DNA of 64,000 nucleotides, from positions 1 through 64,000 of the forward strand of contig JAHFAI010000005.1 of the NCBI GenBank assembly GCA_023250635.1, given 5' to 3'. The notes under the pieces were generated by a model. That model saw nothing but the letters and a program-made list of their open reading frames with translations, was not told the DNA's origin and made no database searches. This document shows, piece by piece, positions 1 through 8,860 of this stretch. The position numbers and the translations under genes were made by a program. Numbering within the stretch: position 1 is the first letter of the stretch; each line of letters begins with the position of its first letter. This DNA comes from Deltaproteobacteria bacterium (GTDB taxonomy: Bacteria > Bdellovibrionota_B > Oligoflexia > Oligoflexales > Bog-1112).

Positions 1-51
1 TTTGTTTTTTGGGAGAGCTCGTTTTTCGTCCTTCGCTCACCTCTTTGCAAG

Positions 52-127
52 GGCAGGGGGCTGAGGTGGTGTCAAATTTTATCCCCTTCGAGGGGATGGA
101 ATTTTATGCCACCGTAAGCCCCCTGCC
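52..127. repeat. Nested inverted repeat / long imperfect hairpin in non-coding DNA
   Basis: GGCAGGGGGCT (52-62) pairs with AGCCCCCTGCC (117-127). Inner GGTGG (65-69) pairs with CCACC (109-113). Apical perfect hairpin ATCCCCT-tcg-AGGGGAT (81-97). Read directly from the sequence. Confidence 0.6.
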
Positions 128-584
128 ATGCTGGGGGTGGCGAGGAGCGAAATCCACAAGGCTGGTGATGGGCTTTTCCCTAGCCTTTGAAATTTTCTGG
201 CAGTGACCGACAGGTTCGAGTTCAATAGCGGGGGTTTCCACATCCCCTTCGATTTTGTATCGCTGCTTAGTGCTGCAATACTTTTGAATTATGAGACAAC
301 TCTAATAATTTGAAGGGAGCACAAGAGTTTGGCAGTGTCTAAAACTCGAGGCGAGGGAATGACCTCCTCCTTGCTCGCAGCTACGAGCAATCGCCTTTAT
401 ATGGAACACCCTCGTTCTCGCTGCCTCGAGAGTGTGCCGAGTCCAAGCTTTTTTCGGGAGGCTAATCGACCGCTTTTCCCCCTCGGCCTTGCCATGCTGG
501 AGGCACGAGGGGAGAGAAGCTGCTGCGGGGAAGAAGATTTCTTTGATACTTTCCACAAGTGCAGAAAGAGGGGCTACGACGGGA

Positions 585-628
585 CGCTCAGGATAACGGG
601 ATTTCGCGCTACTCCGTCATCCTGAGCG
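585..628. repeat. 15-bp inverted repeat (one mismatch) about 30 nt downstream of the minus-strand Cys-rich gene stop
   Basis: CGCTCAGGATAACGG (585-599) versus CCGTCATCCTGAGCG (614-628) with a 14-nt loop. No U-run follows on the minus strand, so it is not a canonical intrinsic terminator. Confidence 0.55.
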
Positions 629-659
629 GAGCGAAGGACCTCCCCAAGCATCAGGTGGT

Positions 660-1007
660 TTATTTCCAAGCACAACAAGTTACCTTCATTCCAGCAACAA
701 CATTAGAAACGTCAGAGCACGCCTTCGCATCCTTTATCGTCGGATCATCACATCTATTACTGCAAGTTTTTATTTGATTCATTATAGCATCAAATGAGCA
801 GTATTTCTTCGTGCATGGCTCAATTAAGTCCGGATGTTTTACATTCATTACAGCACATAGACGGCATATACCGTCGAGGTAATCCTGCCCCCCATTTTTC
901 GTGCATTTTGTCCCTCCAAACAAGGAAGAAGTGAAAGAAAATACTGTCAACAATAGAAATACTCTCACCACAAAAGAAAGTTTAAATCCATTTAGCATAG
1001 AAAGCAT
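660..1007 (-). CDS. Small secreted cysteine-rich protein, paralog A (115 aa, 10 Cys in the mature part)
   Basis: Hydrophobic N-terminal signal ending SSLFGG. RBS AGAGGAAAG lies upstream of the ATG. The Cys framework and the C-terminal CCAWK are shared with the neighbouring paralog. No family recognised. Confidence 0.7.
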   Translation of the reverse strand: MLSMLNGFKLSFVVRVFLLLTVFSFTSSLFGGTKCTKNGGQDYLDGICRLCAVMNVKHPDLIEPCTKKYCSFDAIMNQIKTCSNRCDDPTIKDAKACSDVSNVVAGMKVTCCAWK

Positions 1008-1175
1008 TTTTCTTTCCTCTACAATAAAATTGCACTCGTATAACTATACCCATCGGGTTTTTTGCAACAAGGCGCGAGAAAAAAACGCGACGCAGCTAGC
1101 CTTTTTGCCTATGAGGAGCGTTCTTGACGAGCAACACCGTTGCCGACTAAAACCTGCTGGGTAGAGAACACCGCT

Positions 1176-1514
1176 TTACTGCCAAACACAGCAATTAACT
1201 GCAGAACTATTACTTTCAATAGTAGCCCCTTCACAAGCAGCTTGACTCGTAATTGGCTTACTATATTTCATACAAGCATCTACTTGACTCTGTATCTGAG
1301 CCCCCGAACAAAAACTCGTAATACAAGCAGCAATCATCGACTGATTATCTGGGAAAGATGCAAAAGCTGTTCCGCAGGTGCCCTTACAATTATCTAAAAG
1401 AGCATCCTTGCTCTTCATTTTACATGTTCCCCCTCCCCCAAACAGAGAAGAAGCCCAAGCAAATGCCGTTAACAACAACAATGCTCTTATCCAAAAAGAG
1501 AATTTAACCAACAT
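1176..1514 (-). CDS. Small secreted cysteine-rich protein, paralog B (112 aa, 9 Cys in the mature part)
   Basis: Signal peptide ending SSLFGGGG. RBS GGGGAGGAA lies 5 nt upstream of the ATG. Cys spacing is conserved with paralog A and the C-terminus is CCVWQ. Confidence 0.7.
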   Translation of the reverse strand: MLVKFSFWIRALLLLTAFAWASSLFGGGGTCKMKSKDALLDNCKGTCGTAFASFPDNQSMIAACITSFCSGAQIQSQVDACMKYSKPITSQAACEGATIESNSSAVNCCVWQ

Positions 1515-1659
1515 AATTATTCCTCCCCACCTGCAAGCTGCAGTGACCCATACAAATATTTGACCATGACTTCATCGCAAAATCAATCTATACTCCCCTT
1601 CTTTTAACCGGTGTTGTCATACCCACAGTAAAAATTATTTTCCCTCGTCCGGAGTTGCG

Positions 1660-2619
1660 GTGAATTGGCTACAGCGAAATCTTAGCTATTTTTGTGCTTT
1701 GTCCTCAGTTATTAGCCACGCCAACACCCCGCCCTCCGCAAGGGCTCCTCACTACAGGGAAGGCCCCGGTCTCTTCAGTTTTGTACCCCGTGCCTTTAGC
1801 GATGTTCCTGCTTTTGTCAAAGCCCTCGACCCACGGGATAATTGGCGCGAATATCTGCTGATCGGTGGCATGACCGGTATTTTGCTTGCCCTCGACCAAC
1901 CTATACTAGATGGCAGCCAACGCTTTGCAAAACATATAGGCTTGCTGAGCGAAGGAGATGATGGTCGCCAGACCACCGTGGTGGCGAGTGTTAACCTCTT
2001 CGGCATCAAGGCACCACTGCATGTTCCCCGGGGCCCCGTAGCAACGATGTATTATCTTGGCGACGGCCTTACCGCCCTCTCCATCGTGGGCGGCTTAGCC
2101 ACGTACGGCAGCCTGCTCAGCGATCGTCGTGCCCAGCATACTGCCAGCCAAATCATGGAGGCTCTCCTGCTCACCGGCATGGGCAGCGTAATTCTAAAGA
2201 CCTCCACCGGGCGAGAATCTCCCTTTAAAGCCACAGCTCCCGGAGGCGTCTGGCGTCCCTTTCCCGGTCCCAAACGCTATTTGCAGGACGTTCCCAACTA
2301 CGATGCCTTCCCCTCGGGACACGTGGCCACCCTTATGGCCACGCTGCGTGTTCTCGCCGAAAACTACCCCGAAAAAATCTGGATTCGCCCCCTTGGCTAC
2401 TCGGCCCTCGGCCTGCTGAGTTTTGGTATGCTCGCCAACGGCGTACATTGGGCCAGCGATTATCCCCTGGGGATGGCCATGGGCTATGTTGCCGCCGGGG
2501 TGGTCTTACAACGGCGCTTGCCCGAAGTTCCTCCTGCTGGGGGAAGGCTGAGTTGGCAGGGCTTTTCCCCTGGTTTTTTTGCCGAGGGTACCGCGGTGAT
2601 GGCCAGTTGGAGTTTTTAA
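1660..2619 (+). CDS. PAP2-superfamily-like membrane phosphatase (divergent motifs), copy 1
   Basis: Has PSGH (FPSGHVATL) and H-x3-D (HWASD) motifs plus a K-x6-SP segment (KTSTGRESP) where PAP2 has K-x6-RP. GTG start preceded by GGAG. Paralogous to the next gene. Confidence 0.6.
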   Translation: MNWLQRNLSYFCALSSVISHANTPPSARAPHYREGPGLFSFVPRAFSDVPAFVKALDPRDNWREYLLIGGMTGILLALDQPILDGSQRFAKHIGLLSEGDDGRQTTVVASVNLFGIKAPLHVPRGPVATMYYLGDGLTALSIVGGLATYGSLLSDRRAQHTASQIMEALLLTGMGSVILKTSTGRESPFKATAPGGVWRPFPGPKRYLQDVPNYDAFPSGHVATLMATLRVLAENYPEKIWIRPLGYSALGLLSFGMLANGVHWASDYPLGMAMGYVAAGVVLQRRLPEVPPAGGRLSWQGFSPGFFAEGTAVMASWSF

Positions 2620-2620
2620 C

Positions 2621-3502
2621 ATGCGATGCCTAGTATTCCTCCTCCTCGCCTTCTCTGGTCCCAGCTTCGCCTGGGCTCCGGCAAGGCGCTTTTTTGCCGA
2701 ACTCAATCCCCTTAGCCAGTGGCAAACCTATGCCATAGTAGGAGGAGCAAGCCTCAGTTTATCCCTTCTCGATCAATGGGCGGTGGATCATAGCCAAAAA
2801 TTCTCGTCAAAACTGGGTATCATGCACGAGGGCGAAAGCGGCAAGGAGACCGGGGATCTTTTCAAAATACATGCCTTTGGGCATAGCTCCGGCCTCAGGT
2901 ATCCCACCAGCACCAACGCGTTTTTTTGGTTTATTGGCGATGGCTCAACTTCCCTGGCGGTAATCGCTGGTTTTGCCGGCTATGGCTATTTAGGCGCCAG
3001 CGCCTATGCCCTGGAAACAGCCAGCCAAATAGCTCAGGGACTGCTGCTTACCGGTACCCTGGTCATAGGACTCAAGCTCTTAAGTGGGCGAGAGTCTCCG
3101 GAACGCGCCACCGTTGACGGAGGAAAATGGCAGGGATATCCTGGCCTCAAGGCATATATTGCCGACCAGCCCCGGTATTACTCCTATCCCTCGGGGCACA
3201 CAGCCACTGCCGTCACCGTCTTCGGCGTACTGATCCAACGCTACCCCGAACAGCGCTGGCTTAAACCAGCTGCGTTTGTCGGTACGGGAGCCCTGATGCT
3301 ATCCCTGGTTAATAATCGCGACCATTGGCCCAGCGACTTTCCTCTGGCTATTGCCATTGGTCTCGCTGCCTCTCGGGCAGTGGTCGCTGGGGGAAGCAGC
3401 GAAACTGCCGCAACCCAAAACCAAGGCCTGGGCTGGGAAGGAGTCCATGCCCTTCCCCATCCCGAGGGAGGGGTTCTCGTCAGCACGGCTTGGCACTGGT
3501 AA
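2621..3502 (+). CDS. PAP2-superfamily-like membrane phosphatase (divergent motifs), copy 2
   Basis: Motifs KLLSGRESP, YPSGHTATA and HWPSD. N-terminal signal/TM segment. The start lies 1 nt after the stop of copy 1. Confidence 0.6.
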   Translation: MRCLVFLLLAFSGPSFAWAPARRFFAELNPLSQWQTYAIVGGASLSLSLLDQWAVDHSQKFSSKLGIMHEGESGKETGDLFKIHAFGHSSGLRYPTSTNAFFWFIGDGSTSLAVIAGFAGYGYLGASAYALETASQIAQGLLLTGTLVIGLKLLSGRESPERATVDGGKWQGYPGLKAYIADQPRYYSYPSGHTATAVTVFGVLIQRYPEQRWLKPAAFVGTGALMLSLVNNRDHWPSDFPLAIAIGLAASRAVVAGGSSETAATQNQGLGWEGVHALPHPEGGVLVSTAWHW

Positions 3503-3544
3503 AAAACCCAGGTATTTTCCCCAGGGATTTGCTAAGGGATGCCT

Positions 3545-5365
3545 ATGACTCTACTACGCGACAAACTGCAGCATCTTCCCCTCGAACCCGGCGTTTATGT
3601 CATGAAAGACGTAAACGGGCGGATAATCTACGTGGGCAAAGCCAAGCTGCTCAAGAACCGGGTCAGCAGTTATTTTCGTACTAAGCCACACGAGAACAGC
3701 AGAATTCAGGCCTTAGTCGCTCGCATCGACGATTTTTCTGTCTTTGTAGTCCGGCAAGAACATGAAGCCCTGATGCTTGAACGCAGCTTAATTCGTCAGC
3801 ATCGCCCCCTCTATAATGTGTTATTTACCGACGATAAAGAATACCCGCTGCTGCGGGTGAGCACCCAGGAGGACTGGCCCCGTTTTAGCATTGCGAGAAG
3901 ACGCCGCAACGACGGCGCCACCTATTTGGGCCCCTTTGGCAGCAGCTTGGCCCTGCAGCAATTACTCAAAGTTATTTTCAAAATTTTCCCCCTGGTACGC
4001 TGCTCGGCCCGAGAATTCGCCCAAGCAAAACGCCCCTGCAACTATTACGCGATGAAGCAGTGTTTAGCTCCCTGCACCCTTCCCGTAGAAAAAGCGCTCT
4101 ATGGAACCATGGTCCAGCAAGCAATCGAGGTCCTGCACGGCAAGAATCAGGAGGTGCGACAGGTGCTCCGCCGCTCCATGGAAGCAGCCTCGGCAGAACT
4201 ACGCTATGAAGAGGCCCTTATCCTCCGCAATCAATTACAGGCCATGGATGGGGCCCGTGCCGCTGAACAGGTGGTGCTGGATAACCACTTGGGTGATTGC
4301 GATCTCTTTGGTCTCGCCGCAAATGCCAGCACCCTGAGCCTCTGTCTACTTAAGATCCGCGCCAGCCGCCTGGTGGAAAATTCCCCCTTTGTGGTCGCCA
4401 TGCCCCTGGGCGAAGTTGACGAAGCTTTATTTGAGTTTCTGCTGCAATACTACGGTGAGCAGCCCCTACCTCGAGAAATTATTCTTTCCCGTGAACCAGC
4501 CTTTGTTGAAGAATTGCGCGAATTTTTTACCCCCCAGCATAAGCTGAGCCTTGCCCTGCGCGGCAAGAAAAAAGCCTTGCTCAACATCGCCTCACGGAAT
4601 GCTGAGCTGAGTTTGGCTGAAGCCGAGCGCGAAGAGCTTAAAAAACAGCAGCGTCTGAGTGAACTGCAGCAGTTTTTAAACCTACCTTCTCTACCTGCAG
4701 TAATCGAATGCCTCGATATTTCTCATCACCAGGGCAGCGCTACGGTGGCCAGCATTGTCTGTTTTCGTGAGGGACTGCCCAGCAAAAAGGACTATCGACA
4801 CTACACGCTTTCTGAGGCCATCACCGGCCCTGATGATTTTGCGAGCATCAGCGAAATTATGCGCCGACGTCTGCAAAAAGCTAACGAGGGTCGAGCCCCC
4901 ATGCCTGATCTGATGGTGATCGACGGGGGCAAGGGCCAACTCAGTGCCGCAGAAAAAGCCCGGGCCGGCTTTCCTGAGTTGAGATTTTCCTTGGTGGCCT
5001 TAGCAAAGAGCCGCTTACGGAACAACTCCGGCCCCCTTGTGCGCTCGCCTGAACGCGTGTTTGTGGGGGACACGGGGGAAGCCCTTTCTTTAAGGGAGGG
5101 CAGCGAGAGCTTTCGCTTACTTACCCACCTGCGCAATGAAGCACATCGTTTTGCCCTTAGCTTTCATCGTAAAAAGCAGGGAAAAATAACCTCCTCTCTT
5201 GATCAGCTCAAGGGGGTGGGAAGGGTGCTCCGCCAACGAATTCTCGCCCATTTCCCTAGCCAGGAAGCCCTCCGCCAGGCAAGCCCGGCAGAGCTCAGCC
5301 AGATAAAAGGAGTCTCCGCTCCCCTCGCTCAGGAAATTCATGGTTATTTTCAGCGGCAGCTCTAA
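3545..5365 (+). CDS. uvrC: Excinuclease ABC subunit C
   Basis: N-terminal GIY-YIG motif (PGVYVMKD...IIYVGKAKLLKNRVSSYF) and about 606 aa. ATG 3545 is preferred over 3539 because the AAGGGA RBS abuts 3539. Confidence 0.93.
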   Translation: MTLLRDKLQHLPLEPGVYVMKDVNGRIIYVGKAKLLKNRVSSYFRTKPHENSRIQALVARIDDFSVFVVRQEHEALMLERSLIRQHRPLYNVLFTDDKEYPLLRVSTQEDWPRFSIARRRRNDGATYLGPFGSSLALQQLLKVIFKIFPLVRCSAREFAQAKRPCNYYAMKQCLAPCTLPVEKALYGTMVQQAIEVLHGKNQEVRQVLRRSMEAASAELRYEEALILRNQLQAMDGARAAEQVVLDNHLGDCDLFGLAANASTLSLCLLKIRASRLVENSPFVVAMPLGEVDEALFEFLLQYYGEQPLPREIILSREPAFVEELREFFTPQHKLSLALRGKKKALLNIASRNAELSLAEAEREELKKQQRLSELQQFLNLPSLPAVIECLDISHHQGSATVASIVCFREGLPSKKDYRHYTLSEAITGPDDFASISEIMRRRLQKANEGRAPMPDLMVIDGGKGQLSAAEKARAGFPELRFSLVALAKSRLRNNSGPLVRSPERVFVGDTGEALSLREGSESFRLLTHLRNEAHRFALSFHRKKQGKITSSLDQLKGVGRVLRQRILAHFPSQEALRQASPAELSQIKGVSAPLAQEIHGYFQRQL

Positions 5366-5491
5366 GCACGTGTTTTGCAGGTGCTCGAAATGGCATTTCA
5401 AGTATATTTACATTTGTTCCCCAGCATGGTAGTGATTGGTGACCGGGAATTGTATGCCCTCTCCTGACGAATTTTGAGCAAGCGAGTTGTT

Positions 5492-5971
5492 ATGAAAAAT
5501 ATCGAGTTGATTCCCTTTACCAAAGACGGTTTTGTTTATTTTTCCAAAGAGCTCGAGCTCCTCAAATCCATCGAGCGTCCCAAGATTATCCAGGCCATTG
5601 CCGATGCTCGCCTCCATGGTGATCTTAAGGAAAACGCGGAATATCATGCTGCTCGTGAAAAACAAGGCCTTATTGAAGCACGAATCACCGACCTTGAGGA
5701 TAAATTATCTCGAGCTCAGGTGATCGATCTCTCCTCCGCCCAAACAGGCAACGTACGTTTTGGTGCGTGGGTGCATCTGCGTGATGAGAATACTGAAGAA
5801 GAGAAAAACTTCCGCCTGGTCGGTGATCTTGAAGCGGATATTACCAAGAATTTTCTCTCGATTTCTAGTCCCTTAGGCAAGGCCCTGCTCGGCAAAAAAG
5901 AAAATGATCTAGTAGAACTTACCGCTCCTAAGGGAACCAAGGAATTTGTGATTTTAAAAATATCCTATTAG
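5492..5971 (+). CDS. greA: Transcription elongation factor GreA
   Basis: Coiled-coil tip signature [23 protein letters not shown] at 5492 gives 159 aa; the track's TTG at 5474 is less likely. Confidence 0.9.
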   Translation: MKNIELIPFTKDGFVYFSKELELLKSIERPKIIQAIADARLHGDLKENAEYHAAREKQGLIEARITDLEDKLSRAQVIDLSSAQTGNVRFGAWVHLRDENTEEEKNFRLVGDLEADITKNFLSISSPLGKALLGKKENDLVELTAPKGTKEFVILKISY

Positions 5972-7242
5972 CAAGCTTGGCGAGGAGAAGCGACCACCAG
6001 CTCTCCCCCTATCCACACACTGGCAGGAAGCTGCTGGCCCATATCTGCAAGGTAGGCCTCGAGGCTCCCCGCAGGATGGAGGATAAAATCAGCATCGTAG
6101 CCCTTAGCCAGGCAACCTTTGCGCTCACCAAGAGCGAGGGAACAAGCCGGCACGTAGGTAATCCCTGCGAGAATTTCCCAGGGACGCAGCTGGCAATGCA
6201 CTCCGGCAATACTGGCAATAAGGGGTAAATTGCCTAAATAACAGCTTCCCGGATTAAAATCGCTGCCTAGCGCAACTCGACAACCTGCCGCAATAACCTT
6301 GCGTCCATCAACAAAGGGAATCCCCGTGTAGAGGGAGGTTCCCGGGAGCAGCGTCGCCACGACTCCTGCGGCAGCCATCGCCTTAAGCCCTTGGTTGCTT
6401 GCCTGTTGGAGATGATCTGCACTCTGCGCTCCCCAGTGCGCGGCTGCCTCTGCACCACCGGCATCAGAGAACTCATCGGCATGAATCCTGATGCTCAGGC
6501 CCAATTTTTGTGCGGTGCGCATATATTCATGACAATCGCCAGGGGAAAAATAGCCATTTTCGATAAAGGCATCAACCCCATCAGCAAGCTGCTGGCGAGC
6601 CAGGCTTGGCAAGAGCTCTTCGCTCATCGCCTCAACATAGGCGCGAGTCGAAGCAAATTCTCGACCTACGGCGTGAAGCGCTAGACACGTGACCCTCAGG
6701 GTTTGCGAGCTGTGTTGTTTAAGACGGTGGAGTATCCTTACGCCACGCAGCTCCTCGGCGACGCTCAGCCCATAGCCGGTTTTAACCTCGCAGGTTGTCA
6801 CCCCATAAGCCAAAAATCCTGCTAAACGTTGCTGGCATAAACGATGCAGCTCCTCATCCCTTGCCTGGCGGGTAGCCTGTACGGTAGCAGCAATGCCTCC
6901 ACCTGCAGCTGCAATTTCTTGATAGGTCTTACCAGCAAGACGAGCTGCAAATTCATTGCTCCGCTCGCCAGCAAAAAGCGGATGCGTGTGACTATCCACC
7001 AGACCGGGAAGACAAAGCGCCCCCTCGGCATCAACCTCGATCAGAGCAGCTTGATTTTTAATTGCTGCTGGAACAGGCATCGGCCCATAGTCACAAACTT
7101 TTCCTGCTACTACCAGCAACCAGGCGTTCTCAAGGGAACCAAGGTCAGCTGCCTCAATAGGCTCCCCGTAAGGCTTCACCCTCAGGGGAGCAAGACTGAG
7201 CAATTGACCAATATGGCTAATCAGGGTTGCCTTAGTAAGCAT
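5968..7242 (-). CDS. hutI: Imidazolonepropionase-like amidohydrolase
   Basis: Motifs [16 protein letters not shown]...AAGGGI, IRIHADE and LGSDFNPGS are typical of HutI. Its RBS lies inside the end of cysS. Confidence 0.8.
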   Translation of the reverse strand: MLTKATLISHIGQLLSLAPLRVKPYGEPIEAADLGSLENAWLLVVAGKVCDYGPMPVPAAIKNQAALIEVDAEGALCLPGLVDSHTHPLFAGERSNEFAARLAGKTYQEIAAAGGGIAATVQATRQARDEELHRLCQQRLAGFLAYGVTTCEVKTGYGLSVAEELRGVRILHRLKQHSSQTLRVTCLALHAVGREFASTRAYVEAMSEELLPSLARQQLADGVDAFIENGYFSPGDCHEYMRTAQKLGLSIRIHADEFSDAGGAEAAAHWGAQSADHLQQASNQGLKAMAAAGVVATLLPGTSLYTGIPFVDGRKVIAAGCRVALGSDFNPGSCYLGNLPLIASIAGVHCQLRPWEILAGITYVPACSLALGERKGCLAKGYDADFILHPAGSLEAYLADMGQQLPASVWIGGELVVASPRQAC

Positions 7243-7250
7243 GGGGATCC

Positions 7251-8678
7251 TCAGCCTCGTTGCACAATGGTCCAGGTGGTGCCCTGAGGCCCGTCTTTAA
7301 GCAGGATACCACGAGCCTCGAGGCGAGCTCGCAGCGCATCACTCTCCTGCCAGTCTTTATTAGTGCGAGCAGTTTGGCGAGCGGTAATTTCCGCGAGAAT
7401 TTCTCCTTCGCTGATCCCCAGACTAGCGATGATCTGCTCTTTAATAGTAGCAATCATTGAGCTGGGCTCCAGCAAAAACAAGCCGAGCACCTCACCCCAC
7501 TGACGGATAAGGGTGAGGGCGGCACTGCCCAATTCACTGCGAGCGGCACTGGGTTTTTTGCTGAGTTCTTGATTCAGCAAACGCATCAGTTGATTGATAG
7601 CAGCCATGGCCTGAGGAGTATTAAAATCATCGCTCAGCCCCTCGTGAAATTCCTTAACCAAGGCTTTAAGCTCTGCTGGTTGGAGGTGTTCCTGGCACGG
7701 CTCAATATCCGCAAATTCTCCTAAGGCGGCTAGGGTTTCATAGTAGTACAGTAACTTCATCCGATTGGCGGCAAAGAGCGCTTCACTAAAATCAATCGGC
7801 GAGCGGTAATGATTAGACAAATAACTCAGACGCAAGACTTCCGCAGGCCAACGTTTTAAAAAATCAGCGATGGTTATGGAATTCTTAAGGCTCTTCGACA
7901 TTTTTTGCTTATTGACGCTCAAAAGTCCCGAGTGCATCCACACCCGTGCATAGGGGCAGCCGTTTGCTGATTCTGATTGGGCGATTTCATTTTCGTGATG
8001 AGGAAAAATTAAATCCTGTCCACCCCCGTGAATATCAATCTCGGCCCCCAGATGTTTCTTGGCCATGGCCGAACACTCGATATGCCATCCCGGTCGCCCC
8101 GTCCCCCAGGGACTGGGCCAGGAGGCTCCCAGGGTGCTGTCGTTTTTCCACAAAGCAAAATCCAGGGGATCTTCCTTGTCCCCTTCAACTAAGGCACGAG
8201 TGCCGCTGAGCAGCTCGTCGATTTTGCGACGCGAGAGTTTGCCGTAGTCAGTTTTGCCCCGTACCCGGTAATACACATCTCCGCTCCGAGTCGCATAAGC
8301 AGCTTGGCTGGTAATCAAGGTTGCGATCATCGCGATTATTTCGGGAATAGATTCGGATACCTTGGGTTCCACATCTGCGGGATGCACCCCCAGAGCTTTA
8401 AAATCGCGCTCACAACTCTCGATTATTCGTGCGGAGAGAACTCGCGGATCAAGGGATAGTTCTGCAGCCCGCTCGATAATTTTATCGTCAACATCAGTGT
8501 AATTGCGAACATAGGTGACCTGATAGCCACGGAAAACCAGATAGCGACGCAGGACATCAAAAAAAATTGCCTGCATGGCATGGCCAATATGGCTGTCATC
8601 ATAGGTGGTGACCCCACAGGCATAAATTTTTACCTGATTAGGAAGATAGGGCTCAAGGGGCTGCTTTTGCCGTAGCAT
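7251..8678 (-). CDS. cysS: Cysteine--tRNA ligase
   Basis: HIGH (SHIGHAM) and KMSKS (KMSKSLKN) motifs, and YACG about 20 aa from the chosen ATG. The start at 8678 was chosen by length comparison with CysRS; the longer ORF to 8870 is treated as spurious. Confidence 0.88.
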   Translation of the reverse strand: MLRQKQPLEPYLPNQVKIYACGVTTYDDSHIGHAMQAIFFDVLRRYLVFRGYQVTYVRNYTDVDDKIIERAAELSLDPRVLSARIIESCERDFKALGVHPADVEPKVSESIPEIIAMIATLITSQAAYATRSGDVYYRVRGKTDYGKLSRRKIDELLSGTRALVEGDKEDPLDFALWKNDSTLGASWPSPWGTGRPGWHIECSAMAKKHLGAEIDIHGGGQDLIFPHHENEIAQSESANGCPYARVWMHSGLLSVNKQKMSKSLKNSITIADFLKRWPAEVLRLSYLSNHYRSPIDFSEALFAANRMKLLYYYETLAALGEFADIEPCQEHLQPAELKALVKEFHEGLSDDFNTPQAMAAINQLMRLLNQELSKKPSAARSELGSAALTLIRQWGEVLGLFLLEPSSMIATIKEQIIASLGISEGEILAEITARQTARTNKDWQESDALRARLEARGILLKDGPQGTTWTIVQRG

Positions 8679-8750
8679 TGAATTGTAGAGTTTAATCGCT
8701 GGTAACACAAACACTCCTACGCCAATAAAAACCAAGAAAAAGCCTCCCCT

Positions 8751-8803
8751 TTTTAGCACAGCTGCCCCCCCCCTGGCTAGCCTGGGGAGCACCTGTGCTA
8801 AAA
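8751..8803. repeat. Perfect 11-bp inverted repeat TTTTAGCACAG / CTGTGCTAAAA with a 31-nt GC-rich spacer
   Basis: Arms at 8751-8761 and 8793-8803, read directly. The half-sites TTAGCAC/GTGCTAA equal the outer 7-mers of the CIRCE consensus, but the spacing is far from N9. Confidence 0.6.
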
Positions 8804-8809
8804 TAAAGG

Positions 8810-8843
8810 TACGTAGTTGATGCAGTGCTGAGTAGTTACAAAT
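8810..8843. repeat. Solo copy of the right end of the 57548-57692 element
   Basis: CTGAGTAGTTAC at 8828-8839 is identical to 57681-57692. The flanking GTAGTTGA...AGT.CTGAGTAGTTACAAA is also shared. Confidence 0.55.
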
Positions 8844-8860
8844 AAACAAGGACATGCGCC

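Noticed and set aside
9-625. Track ORFs 9..206 (+), 302..556 (-) and 329..625 (+) as protein-coding genes
   Set aside because: They overlap one another, have no RBS or recognisable motifs, and have odd composition. The region is dominated by inverted and dispersed repeats, so I treated it as non-coding.
569-640. Possible tmRNA 5' end (GGGGCTACGACGGGA...ACGGGATTTCGCG resembles GGGGCTGATTCTGGATTCGACGGGATTTGCG)
   Set aside because: I found no tag reading frame and no T-arm or CCA 3' end. A full-length tmRNA would run into the well-supported Cys-rich CDS at 660-1007. The similarity is short and probably coincidental.
660-1514. Reading the C-terminal CAWK / CVWQ of the Cys-rich proteins as eukaryotic CaaX prenylation boxes
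   Set aside because: The proteins carry Sec-type signal peptides and many cysteines, which points to an oxidising extracytoplasmic location. Trp at the a2 position is atypical. There is no evidence of host-cytosol delivery.
5968-7242. The HutI-like gene as part of a histidine utilisation operon
   Set aside because: No hutH, hutU, hutG or hutF genes are in the window. The gene is packed directly behind cysS, so its pathway context is unresolved. I kept it as imidazolonepropionase-like on motif grounds only.
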